This document shows, in pieces, positions 25,541-38,089 of a stretch of 64,000 nucleotides of DNA (position 1 is its first letter; every line of letters begins with the position of its first letter). A model generated the notes under the pieces. The model did not search any database. It was not told the DNA's origin and saw only the letters and a program-made list of their open reading frames with translations. Both the position numbers and the translations under genes were made by a program. This DNA comes from Octopus vulgaris. Taxonomy: Eukaryota. The stretch lies in assembly GCA_951406725.2 (NCBI GenBank), contig OX597821.1, positions 29,202,001-29,266,000 on the forward strand, written 5' to 3'.

Positions 25541-25930
25541 TAAATTCATTTACATTTTTAATAATTTTCAAATGTATTGGGCATTTAAGAGTATACTACT
25601 CAAATATACATAAATATTTAAGCATTTTGGGTTTGAAAATATAGCTATTTCAGTTTTATGAAATGTCACATTGAAACATGTCGCATTCCTGTCCTTCAGT
25701 TCGCAATATACAATACAATTATAGATATTGATAAATGAAGAGATAAGTGGTAGGGTGTATTTAAATATTTATCAACTGATATTAATCACATATAGTGGTA
25801 TATACAAAATTTCAGACAAGTGGCGGATTTTTTCACATAAACATTTAGTTTTTTATATATATTTATTTATATATATCATGATCACCATCATCGTTTAACG
25901 TCTGCTTTCCATGCTAGCATGGGTTGGACA

Positions 25931-25990
<60 letters not shown>

Positions 25991-25991
<1 letters not shown>

Positions 25992-26293
25992 GAGGCGCAA
26001 TAGCCCAGTGGTTAGGGCAGCGATCATAGGATCGCAGTTTCGATTCCCAGACTGGGTGTTCTGAGTGTTTATTGAGTGAAAACACCTAAAGCTCCACGAG
26101 GCTCCAGCAGGGGATGGTAGCGATCCCTGCTGTACTCTTTCGCCACAACTTTTTCTCACTCTTTCTTCTGTTGGCCTGCTCACTTAGCCAGTGGGGTGGC
26201 ATCATTTAAAGGCTAAAACAATGCGAAGCGCATTGTGACCAGTGATGTGTTGCAATAACTGATAGCCTGGTCGGTCACGGTGATCACGGTGAT
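25991..26293 (+). mobile_element. Family-D tRNA-derived SINE inserted in a (TA)n(TG)n microsatellite
   Basis: GGAGGCGCAATAGCCCAGTGGTTAGGGCAGCG..GTTTCGATTCCCAG (A/B boxes). Ends in CACGGTGAT repeats, with TA runs on both sides. Confidence 0.75.
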
Positions 26294-26532
26294 ATATATA
26301 TATATATATATATAAACACACACATTAATGTAATGACTAAGAGCAGGCTTTGCTGTGCATTTACAAATTCCACTTTATAACCAGATAGTTTTTAGATTCC
26401 TCTCTACTGAGTGTACTGAGTGGAATCTCAGGTGAGTGACTGTAGAGCAGCTGAGGCAGCACAATACTTTGTGAGTGGAACTTGTAGATGGAAACTCTAA
26501 GGTAGTTTATTATACATGCATGTGTGTGTGTC

Positions 26533-26583
<51 letters not shown>

Positions 26584-26929
26584 GTATATGAGAGCGTCAA
26601 TTCTGCATGTTGTCATCAGTCCCACTTGAGTGAAAGATAAGGATGTTTACTTTGTTTCATCAACAATTGTTCCGCAGTGTTTCGCAATTCACTAGATGAA
26701 TGAGGACCGGTGGATTGCAAAACAATACATTACTTGGGAAGCGAGCAATGTTAGGCCCCAGGGAGACCATCCACCAGTAAAAAATATAAACTGCCCTTAT
26801 AAGATTTCTTCCATACCAGCTTGGAAAAATGACTACTATGATGATGTTTATATATGTGTGTGTGTATAAATGCGTATATATACACACACACATACATGCA
26901 CATACACACACACACACACACACACATAA

Positions 26930-27080
26930 TGAGTTGGTGTTAGGAAGGGCATCCAGCTCTAGAAACACTGCCAGATCAGACTGGAGCCTGGTGCAGCCTT
27001 CTGGCTTCTCAGATCCCAGTCGAAACGTCCAACCCATGCTAGCATGGAAAACGGACGTTAAATGATGATGATGATGATGA
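26930..27080 (+). mobile_element. Family-C element, 5'-truncated
   Basis: GTTGGTGTTAGGAAGGGCATCCAGC...CCAACCCATGCTAGCATGGAAAACGGACGTTAAA(TGA)n. Confidence 0.85.
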
Positions 27081-27089
27081 GGCAAGCCC

Positions 27090-27428
27090 ATTTCATATGG
27101 TATGTAATGTTAGTGTACTTGATCATAGGAGCACAAATGTGCCGAAAAAAGAGATCTTTGTACAAAAGGAATAAAGTGAAGTGTACAAAAGAGAGGACCA
27201 AGTTCGTAGACATATAATACATACAGAAGAATGATAGTTAAATAAAGAAGAACCAAGTGAAATATAGTGGGAGGAACCTGCATATATGAAAGGCATGAGA
27301 AGAAATGGTGAAATCTGATGTTGAGAGACTGAATCTCATGGAAAGGATGAGTAAGGTCCGAAGTGAGAAGCAGTGCTGGGGAAGAGCCAGCCATGCAAGT
27401 GTGGTACAAGGACATTAAAATGATGATA
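27090..27428 (+). pseudogene. Decayed 3' end of an RTE-clade LINE ORF with 3' tail
   Basis: Frameshifted peptides HMVCNVSVLDHRSTNV..GIK*SVQKR..RHIIHTEE..DS*IKK..IVGGTC..*EEMVKSDVERLNLMERMSKVR resemble the RTE C-terminus (RWMC.VS...R.....RL.W.GHV.R...W...V..D). Ends CCATGCAAGTGTGG..GGACATTAAAATGATGAT. Confidence 0.7.
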
Positions 27429-27909
27429 GAGGTTGAGATGTATAGCAAATACATATTGGCCTCTTCCAACATTCTGTTCCTGGTAAGTCTCTATCTACTG
27501 TCCCATTCTCTTCCTTATACTATCATCTATTACTCTTTTTGCTTCAATCTCATTATGCAGTACTTAATATAAATTTTTTCTACTGTAGCATCAGCTTTAC
27601 CAGTATCTAGTCAGTGAGATTTGTCAAGAAAATCTGTTCTGAAACTAGTATTTTATGTCTATATATGTGTGTATGCATAGGTGTGTGTGTGTGTGTGTTC
27701 ATATGTGTTTGTGTGTATTATCTGATACCATGAATTAATAAAACAAAACTGATGCCGTATCAAAAAATGTCAACTTAGCCAAGTGGTACAATATAGAACA
27801 ATAGAAAAAATATCAGCCTGAACTAAGTACTAGGGTTGGTATGACTGGCTAAAAGCCACTAAATACGAAACACCTGCATTGCTACAAATGACTGAAGCAA
27901 GTAAAATAA

Positions 27910-27953
<44 letters not shown>

Positions 27954-28469
27954 TATAAAATGATATGTGACTACTGAGGATCATAACATACATAGTTGGA
28001 ATTTACAAAAAAAACAAAACAAAATTCAAAGACAGGTGTGTAAACATACATAAGTGGTTAAATTCCTGCAGAAAAGGAAGTCAGTGACTCGAGTTCAATC
28101 TGCACTTGTTGAACAATTCCACATACAGTAATATCCACAGAGAACACATAAGGATTAAATCAATGAGGTAGAACACTGGTAGAATCAATGAGGTATAACA
28201 TCAATGAGGTAGAATACTGCTATTGAACAGTGTTGCCTGTACACTAAATCAATGAGAAAGAGCATCAAAACTGAGTTAGAATGAGGAATTCAATGTGACG
28301 TTCAGAAGAGTAAGGGGTATTGTGAAAACATACAGAAATATGAACAAGATGTGCTGCTTTGATGTGTAATGTGAGCTTAGTAATGGCAATAAAGCATCAC
28401 TGGACAAGAAACGTGAGTTTAAAGCAACGAGTTGTCTCCTGTAGAAGTTGTGTACAACCTTCAAAATCT

Positions 28470-28900
28470 GATGGCAGAGTTGTTACAGTATTAGACAAAA
28501 TACTTTGCAATAATTCTCCTAAGGTGTCAAGACATCAGAATCATCAGCATGCCAAGCAAAATGTTTAGCAGTATTTCATTTATCTTTAAGATGTGAGTTC
28601 AAATTCTGCCAAGCTCGACTTTGCCTTTCACCCCTTTTGGCATTGATAAAACAAGTGCTATTTGAGTACTGGGGTCAATGTAATTGACTTATCCCCTTAC
28701 CCAAAATTGTTGAACCTGTGCCAAATTTTGAAACCAATATTTCTCTGAACTCTTAAAATTGAGAGTTCAAATCCTTCTGAGGTTAATTTTGCCTTTCATA
28801 TTTTCAGTTGATAATATATACTATTGGTCAAGCACTAGAGATATTGCAATCACCTAACTTCCTCTCTACAAAACTGCCAGCCTTGTTCCCATTTTAGGAA
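28470..28900 (+). mobile_element. Two or three tandem degenerate family-A SINE copies
   Basis: GAGTTCAAATTCTGCC..CTTTGCCTTTCA cores at about 28595 and 28763. Confidence 0.75.
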
Positions 28901-30409
28901 ACTCAAAAGGAAAAGAAGAAAAATATAAAACTTCCTTCATTGTCCTCTTCCAAGTATTTGGTTTCTGAAGAGATGTAATTATTTTTGGCAATGAAGCTAA
29001 ATATTTGTAGGTATCCTACGACTTGCTGTGTGTTAGAATTTACTATTAAAGTCTGTCAGATGACCAGTTGATAAGGCTTGCACGCTATAGCACTGCAAAC
29101 CAGTATGTATTAGAGTCCTTTGTAATAGAAATGATACAGGAAAGAAAAAAAATAAATAGCAGCTGTATGAAGTCTATGGCAGATTGAGTATTTAATGGGC
29201 ATGTACAATATATTCAGTTTTGGAATACATACATTACCTTTCTTTACATTGACGGAAGAGATAATTTGACACATATTCATTGTTTAAATAAAAGGTACTC
29301 ATACAGACATAATATTTACTAAGTTCAAAAGACACTTACTTAGACTATAGATCATACAGTTATAAGCTGAAAACTTGTTACATTCATTGACCTATATGTA
29401 CCCTTAAAACAAAGCATATATGGTGGTTTGCTTCAGTGTGCCTTCCTGACAGCAAGTCAATATCTACTTCTACAGTTGGATGGTTACGAAGAAAGACATG
29501 CATCCATCCTAAAACCGGTTACTCCATCAATATGTAAATATCTAAACTGAATGACACAAAAGACTTAAAAAAGACATAGTGTTTATATTTTTATGCACAC
29601 ACACACAGAGAAATATACAGATATATCTGCATACCGGGGGATGGATGAGAGTTCATTGCAGTGGGAGTTGCAAATAAAACGTATTACTTGCTGCTCTAAT
29701 GTTTCATTTTCGTAAGACATCCAGAGTGGAATACTCAGATGCAAGAAAATCTGCTGATCACCTCACAAATCACCCAACAGCATAACAATGTAAATTGGAA
29801 GACAATAAATGTTGAACTGTTCCTTATTCCCTTCCCACCCCCGTTATTTAGCCAAAGGTCAGATTCGGCTGAGCAACATACGGTCAAACGACGTCTAGCT
29901 GTTACCAAAGCGTTACCAATATCTTTCCGTAGGGTGTGGTAAGAGCTGGCTGCTATTCCTACGAGGTCACATGACTATATAGACGCTCTTTCATTGGCTC
30001 CTGTCACTTCAGTAGAATATACACATAATGGTGTTTCCCTTGCCAACCAGGTTCAGTTTATTAACATCTTGCTTTGCTGGCATGTGATACAAATAACATG
30101 TAAGTGTGAGTATGTATGGAGAACGAGGGAGGGGGGGAAGAGAAAAAGAGAGTGTTGGTGTTATGACATCCACTCAGTGAAGTGATTTGCAAATTAAGTA
30201 CAAAATGCATAGGGGTCTGAGGTCCCATTACTCTTGTATTGTCACTACAAAAAATGTACGAAGTACATTGTAAAGTAGTCGGTAGCAAGTGTATTCAGCT
30301 ATAGGAGCTAAGCTGAATGATATGTGCAAGCATCAATCCCTGGAAACAGATGCTCCAAAAAGATGGCATGGACTGTGAGGACCTGTGTCAGCATGGAAAA
30401 CAGATGCAA

Positions 30410-30445
30410 CTAGAAAAGCACTTGGAGAGTGCAGACCTCCGCCAA
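30410..30445 (-). mobile_element. Terminal fragment of a Helitron/Helentron-like element
   Basis: Minus strand TTGGCGGAGGTCTGCACTCTCCAAGTGCTTTTCTAG|T: a hairpin-capable segment (GCAC..GTGC) ending CTAG. Only the end is present. Confidence 0.45.
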
Positions 30446-30912
30446 ACCAGCAGGAGCAGCACTACACCGACGATTAAAGGCGGTGCTCCAGCATGGCCGC
30501 AGTCAAATGACTGAAACAAGTAAAAGAGTAAAGAGTAAGAGTATAATTTGGTTTATATTTCAATAAACAGTTTACACTCAGAAAGTACCAGTGACTGTTA
30601 TCAATATAGGCACAAGACATAAGTTTTGAGTGGCAAGGAGGGGAGTGGTGCAGTTGATTATATTAATTCTAGCACTTGACTAGTACATCATTTTATTGAC
30701 TCCGGAAGAATAGAAGGTAAAGTTAACCTCAGTGAGATTCGAACTCAGAATCTAAAGAGCAAGAAGAAACATCACAAGGCGTTTGTCTAATACTTGAATG
30801 CGTTGCCAACTCTACCACTCTTTTACACCAAGAAATTAACAGCATAAAAATATCTGTTATCATCACCGTTATTATAATTGTTGATGTCACAACTACTATC
30901 ACAAACAATACC

Positions 30913-31144
30913 TATTTCTTTATTACCCACAAGGGGCTAAACACAGAGGGGACAAACAAGGACAGACATAGGTATTAAGTCGATTACATTGACCCCAGTG
31001 CGTAACTGGTACTTAATTTATCGACCCCGAAAGGATGAAAGGCAAAGTCGACCTCGGCGGAATTTGAACTCACAACGTAACGCAGACGAAATACTGCTAG
31101 GCATTTCGCCCGGCATGCTAACGTTTCTGCCAGCTCGCCACCTT
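30913..31144 (-). mobile_element. Full-length young family-A SINE with 19-bp TSD
   Basis: Minus strand AAGGTGGCGAGCTGGCAGAAACGTTAGC..GAGTTCAAATTCCGCCGAGGTCGACTTTGCCTTTCATCCTTTCGGGGTCGATAAATTAAGTACCAG..GTGGGTAATAAAGAAATA. TACTATCACAAACAATACC lies at 30894-30912 and 31145-31163. CpGs are retained. Confidence 0.95.
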
Positions 31145-32384
31145 TACTATCACAAACAATACCATCTCTACTATTTCCATTCATACCACACATGAACAAC
31201 TAAAGAAGCCACTATGTGGTCGCAGGAACTGCAAAAAATAGCAACAAAGACTCTTTCAAATCAGACCTAACAACATGAATTAGGAAAAATGTTTATGTAA
31301 ATATGGTCCGAAATATCTAACAAAGAAAGATGTGATGATCATCACTTTGATCATATATATTCTCAATTAGGAGTGACCGAGGGTTACACACCACCACCAT
31401 CACCATCACTAACACCAATAATAACATTACTACAAATTATCGATAGCATAACCACTACCATCAATAATACCAGCACTAGTAATGCCCCCTCCACACACAC
31501 ACACACACACACACTAACAACACTGCTGTGACTACCACCTTTTACTGCTACTTGTACAACCTCCATCATTACTATGAACAACATCAATGACTCTGTATTA
31601 TGAATTACTTTCAACGTTGTATAAACCACTAGCACCCCTACCGAATGGATTGCTACCACCAGCAGCAGCACCATCACCAATGCCTTATGAACCCCCACCA
31701 CCACCACCACAACCCCCTTCATGAACTAGCACCAACACATCTGCCACCACTTTATGAACAAGCACCATCACCCTAAACCTAACCCTATCACTAGTTGCAC
31801 GACCAGTAGCACTTCATCCAGTGTTATAATGCATTTTTTTTTTCAATGCATGAATGACCACGTTGGTTTCATATGCATATGCTTCCATATGTAAGGTGGT
31901 GGGACAGAAAAGAGAAACGAAGATACACAGAAACAGAGGGAGGGAGAGAGAGAGAGAGAGAGAGAGCAAGAAGAGAAGGCACAGAAACAGAAAGAGGGAG
32001 GGGGCGGAAGGGAGAGAGGGAGGGAGAGCAACTACCACTACCAACAACAACAAATGCAGCAGAGATGATCACTCAGGTGTGCAGTGACACACCATTCATG
32101 TTATATCGAATTGCAGATCACCTGTAGCATATTGAATATAAACAGATGCGGAGAGTTTGGCCGAGTGAATAGCGCAGAATAAATATGCAATGACATGCAC
32201 AGTTACAATGAGCGAGCCACCAGCTGTTGTTGCTGGGGGTGTAAATTATGCAGAAGGGCAACTGAGAAAAGACAGGCAAAGCCGATTTCAACTGCTACAA
32301 CAGGAAAGCTCTCTTCTATATTTCTAACAGATACTTCTGCATGAGAGTGCAAGTATATTAGAGAATATGCATATGTTTGTGGTT

Positions 32385-32650
32385 TGTGTGTATATGTATC
32401 TTTATATATATATATATACATATGTATGTATATATATATATACATATACATATGTATGTATATATATATATGTATATATATACATATATACATATGTATG
32501 TATATATATATATGTATATATATACATATGTATGTATATATATATATATGTATATATATACATATGTATGTATATATATATATATATGTATATATATACA
32601 TATGTATGTATATATATATATGTATATATATATATATGTAAATATATATA

Positions 32651-32686
<36 letters not shown>

Positions 32687-32745
32687 TGTATGTATGTATG
32701 TATGTATGTATATATATATATATGTATATATATATTTATACACAC
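32385..32745. repeat. Compound (TA)n/(TATG)n microsatellite with higher-order unit
   Basis: TACATATGTATGTATATATATATA(TG)TATA recurs about 6 times, followed by (TATG)n. Confidence 0.95.
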
Positions 32746-33072
32746 ATATAAGATACATTCATGCATCATTTATATATATATAGGCGTCTGTGTGTCAATA
32801 AATAAATCTATTACACACGTGATTATATATGTACACACATATATATATATATATACATACACACATACAGATGGACAAATAAAAGCATGCACGTAAATAT
32901 ACATACAAAAATATACATGTATAAATATACAGATAAATATATATATATATACATGTATAATATACAAATAGATGTGTTTGTGTATATATACTCGTGCGCA
33001 CACACACACAAATAAATAAATAAATGAATAAATAAATAAATACAGATATCTATTCATCGTATATATATATAC

Positions 33073-33484
33073 GAGTGGCTGTGTGGTAAGTAGCTTGCTA
33101 ACCAACCATATGGTTCCGGGTTCAGTCCCACTGTGTGGCATCTTGGGCAAGTGTCTTCTGCTATAGCCCCGGGCCGACCAATGCCTTGTGAGTGGATTTG
33201 GTAGACAGAAACTGAAAGAAGCCCGTCGTATATATGTATATATATATTTATGTATATGTGTGTGTGTGTGTGTTTGTGTGTCTGTGTTTGTCCCCCTAGC
33301 ATTGCTTGACAACCGATGCTGGTGTGTTTACGTCCCTGTCACTTAGCGGTTCGGCAAAAGAGACTGATAGAATAAGCACTGGGCTTACAAAGAATAAGTC
33401 CCAGGGTCGATTTGCTCGACTAAAGGCGGTGCTCCAGCATGGCCATAGTCAAAATGGCTGAAACAAGTAAAAGACTAAAAGAGA
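33073..33484 (+). mobile_element. Family-B tRNA-derived SINE (octopus OR-type/CORE-like), young
   Basis: GAGTGGCTGTGTGGTAAG..GGTTCAGTCCC (A/B boxes), CTTGGGCAAGTGTCTT (CORE-like), central (TA)(TG)n, tail ..GGCGGTGCTCCAGCATGGCC..GAAACAAGTAAAAGA. Confidence 0.92.
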
Positions 33485-33589
33485 ATATATATATGCTTCA
33501 CGTATTTAAACTTTAAATGTACCTTCACACAATTTATATATATGGAGAGAGAGAGAGAGAGACAGAAAGAGAGGGGGGAATACAATAAA

Positions 33590-34635
33590 GGGTCCAAGTA
33601 TTTGGTAGTAAGCGAAGAGGATATGGAAGCTAAGAAGGGAGTTGGTGTATCAGGATTTACGACTAAGATGCTTAAAATATCTGGCAGAGTAATGTACAGG
33701 CTAGTCACTAGCAAGATTGATCACATAATACAAGAAGATATCATATACCCAATGCCTAGTGTTGCAACATAATTGTTAACAGCTGTAAGAGTACAGATGC
33801 ACAAGATGGAGGCAATTACAGATGCATCAAAATGTTGAATCAGGTTATGAAAGTTCCAAACTGACTATTACACATTTTGTTAGGAAGAGAATTAGTCAAG
33901 AAATGGATGCCATTTGAATTTATATAAGAAAGGAAGACTAACTTATCTTCCTAATGAGACAAACATTGGGAAGCTTGTTTAATCAAGAGTAAGCCCCTAA
34001 ACCCAGCACTTGTTGACCCAGAAATCTTTGACTTGATACCATTCTCTGTAATCATGAAGAAACCTAAAGGTAGGCAAATGGCTGATGAATGTCATAGAAG
34101 TCATGTATAAGAGGTGCAATTAACAAAATTAGCAATGAGTTTAGCAATGAATTTAATCTACATAGGCATAGGAGTGGCTGTGTGGTAAGTATCTTGTTTA
34201 CCAGCCACATGGTTCCGGGCTCAGTTCCACTGCGTGGCACCTTGGGCAAGTGTCTTCTACTATAGCCTCGGGCTGACCAAAGCCTTGTGAATGGATTTTG
34301 GTAGACGGAAACTGAAAGAAGCCCATCGTATATATGTATATATGAGTGTGTGTATATGTTTGCGTGTCTGTGTTTGTCCCTCCCCGCCCAACATCACTTG
34401 ACAACCGATGCTGGTGTATTTACGTCACCGTGAGTCAGCGGTTCGGCAAAAGAGACCGATAGAATAAGTACTAGGCTTACAAAGAATAAGTCCTGGGTCG
34501 ATTTGCTCGACTAGAGGCGGTGCTCCAGCATGGCCACAGTCACATGACTGAAACAAGTGAAATAGTAAATAGTAATAGTATAATGTACATCAGAACTCAA
34601 ACCATAGCCCTTTCCTGGCCATTATAGTCCTACAC
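33590..34635 (+). pseudogene. Decayed RTE-clade reverse transcriptase, split by a family-B SINE
   Basis: Peptides GVSGFTTKMLKISG..IIVNSCKSTDAQDGGNYRCIKMLNQVMKV..IFLMRQ..KSKPLNPALVDPEIFD, and after the SINE NVHQNSNHSPFLAIIVL. These match RT motifs G.SG.T.EML, NYRGI.LL, IF..RQ..EK, F.D.EKAFD and GV.QG..LSP.LF. Many stops and frameshifts. Confidence 0.8.
34165..34578 (+). mobile_element. Full-length family-B SINE
   Basis: Colinear and highly similar to 33073-33484. Confidence 0.92.
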
Positions 34636-34864
34636 TGTTTGTTTACCTTAACATCTGTTCATTACCTTGGTACCGAGACAGGTGTCCAGTCAACATTTAA
34701 AAATTTAAAACTTCAAGGTGCCACAACAACATACATTCTACCAAATTCTCATATTCTTTTTTGAAGCATACATAATCAGTGCCCTTTACCTCATTATGTG
34801 ATAGCCATAATCACGAAACTACTAGCTACAATGAAACACTAGTCTCAGCTTGCAACAGGAATAT

Positions 34865-35100
34865 ATCATCATCATCATCATTGTTTAATGTCTGCTTTCC
34901 ATGCTGGCATGGATTGGGTGGTTAAACATGGAGCTGGCTAGCAGAGAGCTATCCAGACTACAACTGTCTGCTGTGGCATGGTTTCTATGGTTAGATGCCC
35001 TTCCTAATGCCAACCACTTCACAGGGTGTGCTGGGTGATTTCCACTTGCCACCGGTATGGGTACATTTACGCAGCACCAGCACTGGAGCATTTTAAGTGG
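34865..35100 (-). mobile_element. Family-C-like element (diverged)
   Basis: (CAT)n..TTTCCATGCTGGCATGG..GATGCCCTTCCTAATGCCAACCAC. Confidence 0.7.
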
Positions 35101-35175
35101 TACCATACACACACAACATGTGCGCATTGACTACTTTTAAATCATGTTTCTACTACATTGAAACATAGTGTGTGA

Positions 35176-35206
<31 letters not shown>

Positions 35207-36324
35207 CATTTAAGATATGTGGATATATATGATTTGTCAGAGAATATCAGCAGTTTGTTTTGTTTTGTTGCTCAAAGTTTGTTCCAGTATCATTGATGAA
35301 ATAACTACCAGTGAAAATACTGAATCAATTCATCAGTTCTTACTCACCAGTAGATATTTGTATCAATATAAGAAATCATTACTTTGTCATTGAATCATAT
35401 ACTAGGCTTGATTCAATTAACTATATTCATTTGAATCTATGATAGTCAATGGCCTTGTGCCAATGTGTCAAACCATCATGGTAATTATTTGTACAACTGA
35501 AAGCAGTGGGAAGATGGATGCCAAAAGAAGAGAATGCCAGATTTAATTTTGGACGTTATTTTATTCAGTGAGACACACTTTTAAAATTCAATTCATGCTA
35601 TATCTAAGTACACTATCTTTCTATTCTTGTGGTACTTTAAGGTCACTTAAAGTAAATGATTGAAGTAATTGAAGATAATTTACACAACTTCTCAAAATGA
35701 TATTGAATGTTGTGTTCTGAAAATATAAGTGGAGTAGAGGTGCAGGTATGGCTATGAGGTTAAGAAGCTTGCTTCCTGGCATGCTGAGCAAGAGTCTTCT
35801 ACTAAAACCCCTGAAAGACCAAAACCTTGTGAGTGGATTTGATAGATGGAAACTGAAAAAAACCCATCATATATATAATGCTTGTGTGTGTGTGTGTGTG
35901 TGTGTGTCCATGTCCGTCCTTGTCTATACAAGGTCAGATTTGAGCATCTTTGTCACACAAATAAGGTTATTCCTCTCTCCTCCTCCGTGTAACACATGTC
36001 TAGCTAGGAAAAAAAATATAACCTCATTTGGAGACAGGTGAGGGATGATGACAGGAAGAGCAAGCATCCAAAGAAAATCTACTTCAGCATATTTCATGTA
36101 ACCCACATACATATGAAAGAGTGGACATTAAATGAGGGTGACAATGACCATAACATACTTATAGAAAACTAAACAATTTATGAAGTGTACATCCATTCTT
36201 CACACATTCTAGCAGATTGGCTTTCTATTGTTTGTATTTTGCATGAGGAGATGAGCTTGTTAGAATGAATGCAAGCATTGTCATTTGGATTTTAGTTGTT
36301 TTGCATTTTCATATTAACTGAAGA

Positions 36325-36772
36325 TTCAACCAAAGCCTTATGAGTGGATTTAGTAAATGGAAATTAAAAGAGCCCAAGAGTGATACCGGAATGGACATAG
36401 CCAATCTGAAAGAAGCGGCCCAGGATAGAACTGACTGGAGGACACTGATCCAACAAGTAACCGAGAGTCGACTTCGACTGAGCGGATAGATAGATAGATG
36501 TATACCTGTATGCATGCATCCGTGTGCTGCTGTTTTCTTGCCTTGACATCACGTGACGGACGTAAATGAGCATTACCGTCATACAAGCAGTGTCCTTAAT
36601 TTCCAGACTTCCATAAAAACAACGTCAGGTTATGGGGAACTATTACCTCACCTGGAAACAAATGAGGGTTGGTGACAGAGAGGGTAGCCAGTGGCAGAAA
36701 ATCTGCCTCAATGAAATTCTGTCCAACCCATGGGAGCATAGAATAGTGAATATTAAACCAAGGATGACGATG
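36325..36772 (+). mobile_element. Family-B SINE (RTE-tail variant) carrying an internal RTE insertion
   Basis: ACCAAAGCCTTATGAGTGGATTT..GAGCCC, then insert, then CTTGACATC..GGTTGGTGACAG..CCAACCCATGGGAGCATAG. Confidence 0.7.
36376..36499 (+). mobile_element. Young, severely 5'-truncated RTE (BovB-like) LINE end
   Basis: Open frame KSDTGMDIANLKEAAQDRTDWRTLIQQVTESRLRLSG* (typical L.E...DR..WR......SR.RL RTE end), followed directly by a (GATA)n tail. Confidence 0.85.
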
Positions 36773-36834
36773 AAGCTTAGTCCTAAGGCACAACATAAAA
36801 TTCTCTGATATGTTTTATTTTATTCTTTTCTTAT

Positions 36835-37233
36835 TTTATTCGTTTCAATCATTTTACTGCGACCATTTTGGAGCACTGCCTGGAAGGGTTTTTAATCAAA
36901 CAAATCAACCCCAGGACTTAGTTTTTGAGCTTAGTACTTATTCTATCAGTCTCTTTTCCTGAACTGCTATGTTACAGGGATGTAAACACATCAACACTGG
37001 TTGTCAAATGGTGATGGGAGACAACTACAGACACAAAAAAACACACACATAGATACATGCATACATACATATGGCAGGCTTCTTTCAGTTTCTGTCTACC
37101 AAATCCATTCACAAGGCTTTGATCGGCCTGAGGTTATAGTAGAAGCCATTTTCCCAAGGTGCCACACAGGGGGACTGAACCTGGAACCATGTGGTTGGGA
37201 AGCAAACTTCTTACCCACAGCCACTCCTGCACT
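36835..37233 (-). mobile_element. Family-B SINE
   Basis: Reverse complement of the 33073/34165 architecture. Confidence 0.85.
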
Positions 37234-37736
37234 TATACACACACACATACACATTCACATGTATGTATGGATATTATATATAATAAATTATATGTAACTT
37301 TTGTCTCTGTATGTTTTGGTATTACTACCACCTGAGGAGGAGAAGATGCTGACTTTACAATTCTCTTTTTTAACAAAAATACACATCTGGAAACTAAGTG
37401 TCTATAATAATAACAAAAAGAAAATAAAGGGAGAAACAGACAAGTAGTAGTAGTAATAGTAGTAGTAGTGCATTGGAAATACTGAAGTTTTGAGGCTATT
37501 AACAATTAAAGCAAAAAATGGTAAGAGATTAAATGACTGGTCATGGGAGTTTCATGTTGAACGGGGAGTAGGGTGACAGTAAGGTGTGTATGTGTAGAAA
37601 GTAGAATAAGTGAATTATGAAGTTAAAATAACAACAAAATGATTAACATTAATAATGAAGAGATACAACAGAACATGAAACGTGCACACACACACACGAT
37701 GGAAACAGAAAAATAGAACTCAAAACATGAGTGTAT

Positions 37737-37783
<47 letters not shown>

Positions 37784-38089
37784 GTGATAGATAGGGATAA
37801 TATAGCCAGGTGGCTACGTTTGAAGCACTCAATTATAATTGAAGTTATGGCTAACCACATTAAGCGTAAGGAACACCTTAGATTGTTTGAGATAAGTAAT
37901 CCCAATGTATTCCATCCGATGAGTAAATCCTGGATTTGCTTCACTGGATATATACACAGTAAGCTACTTACACCCACACACAATGGTTGGGTGATGCAAA
38001 TAGGGAATTAGAAATATGTATGTATGTATGTATATATGTATGCATGTATATATATAACTAAATGGCTAATAAAATAATATTCATTGTTT

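Noticed and set aside
31770-31790. CCCTAA-like telomeric repeats
   Set aside because: Only 2-3 imperfect units within low-complexity sequence.
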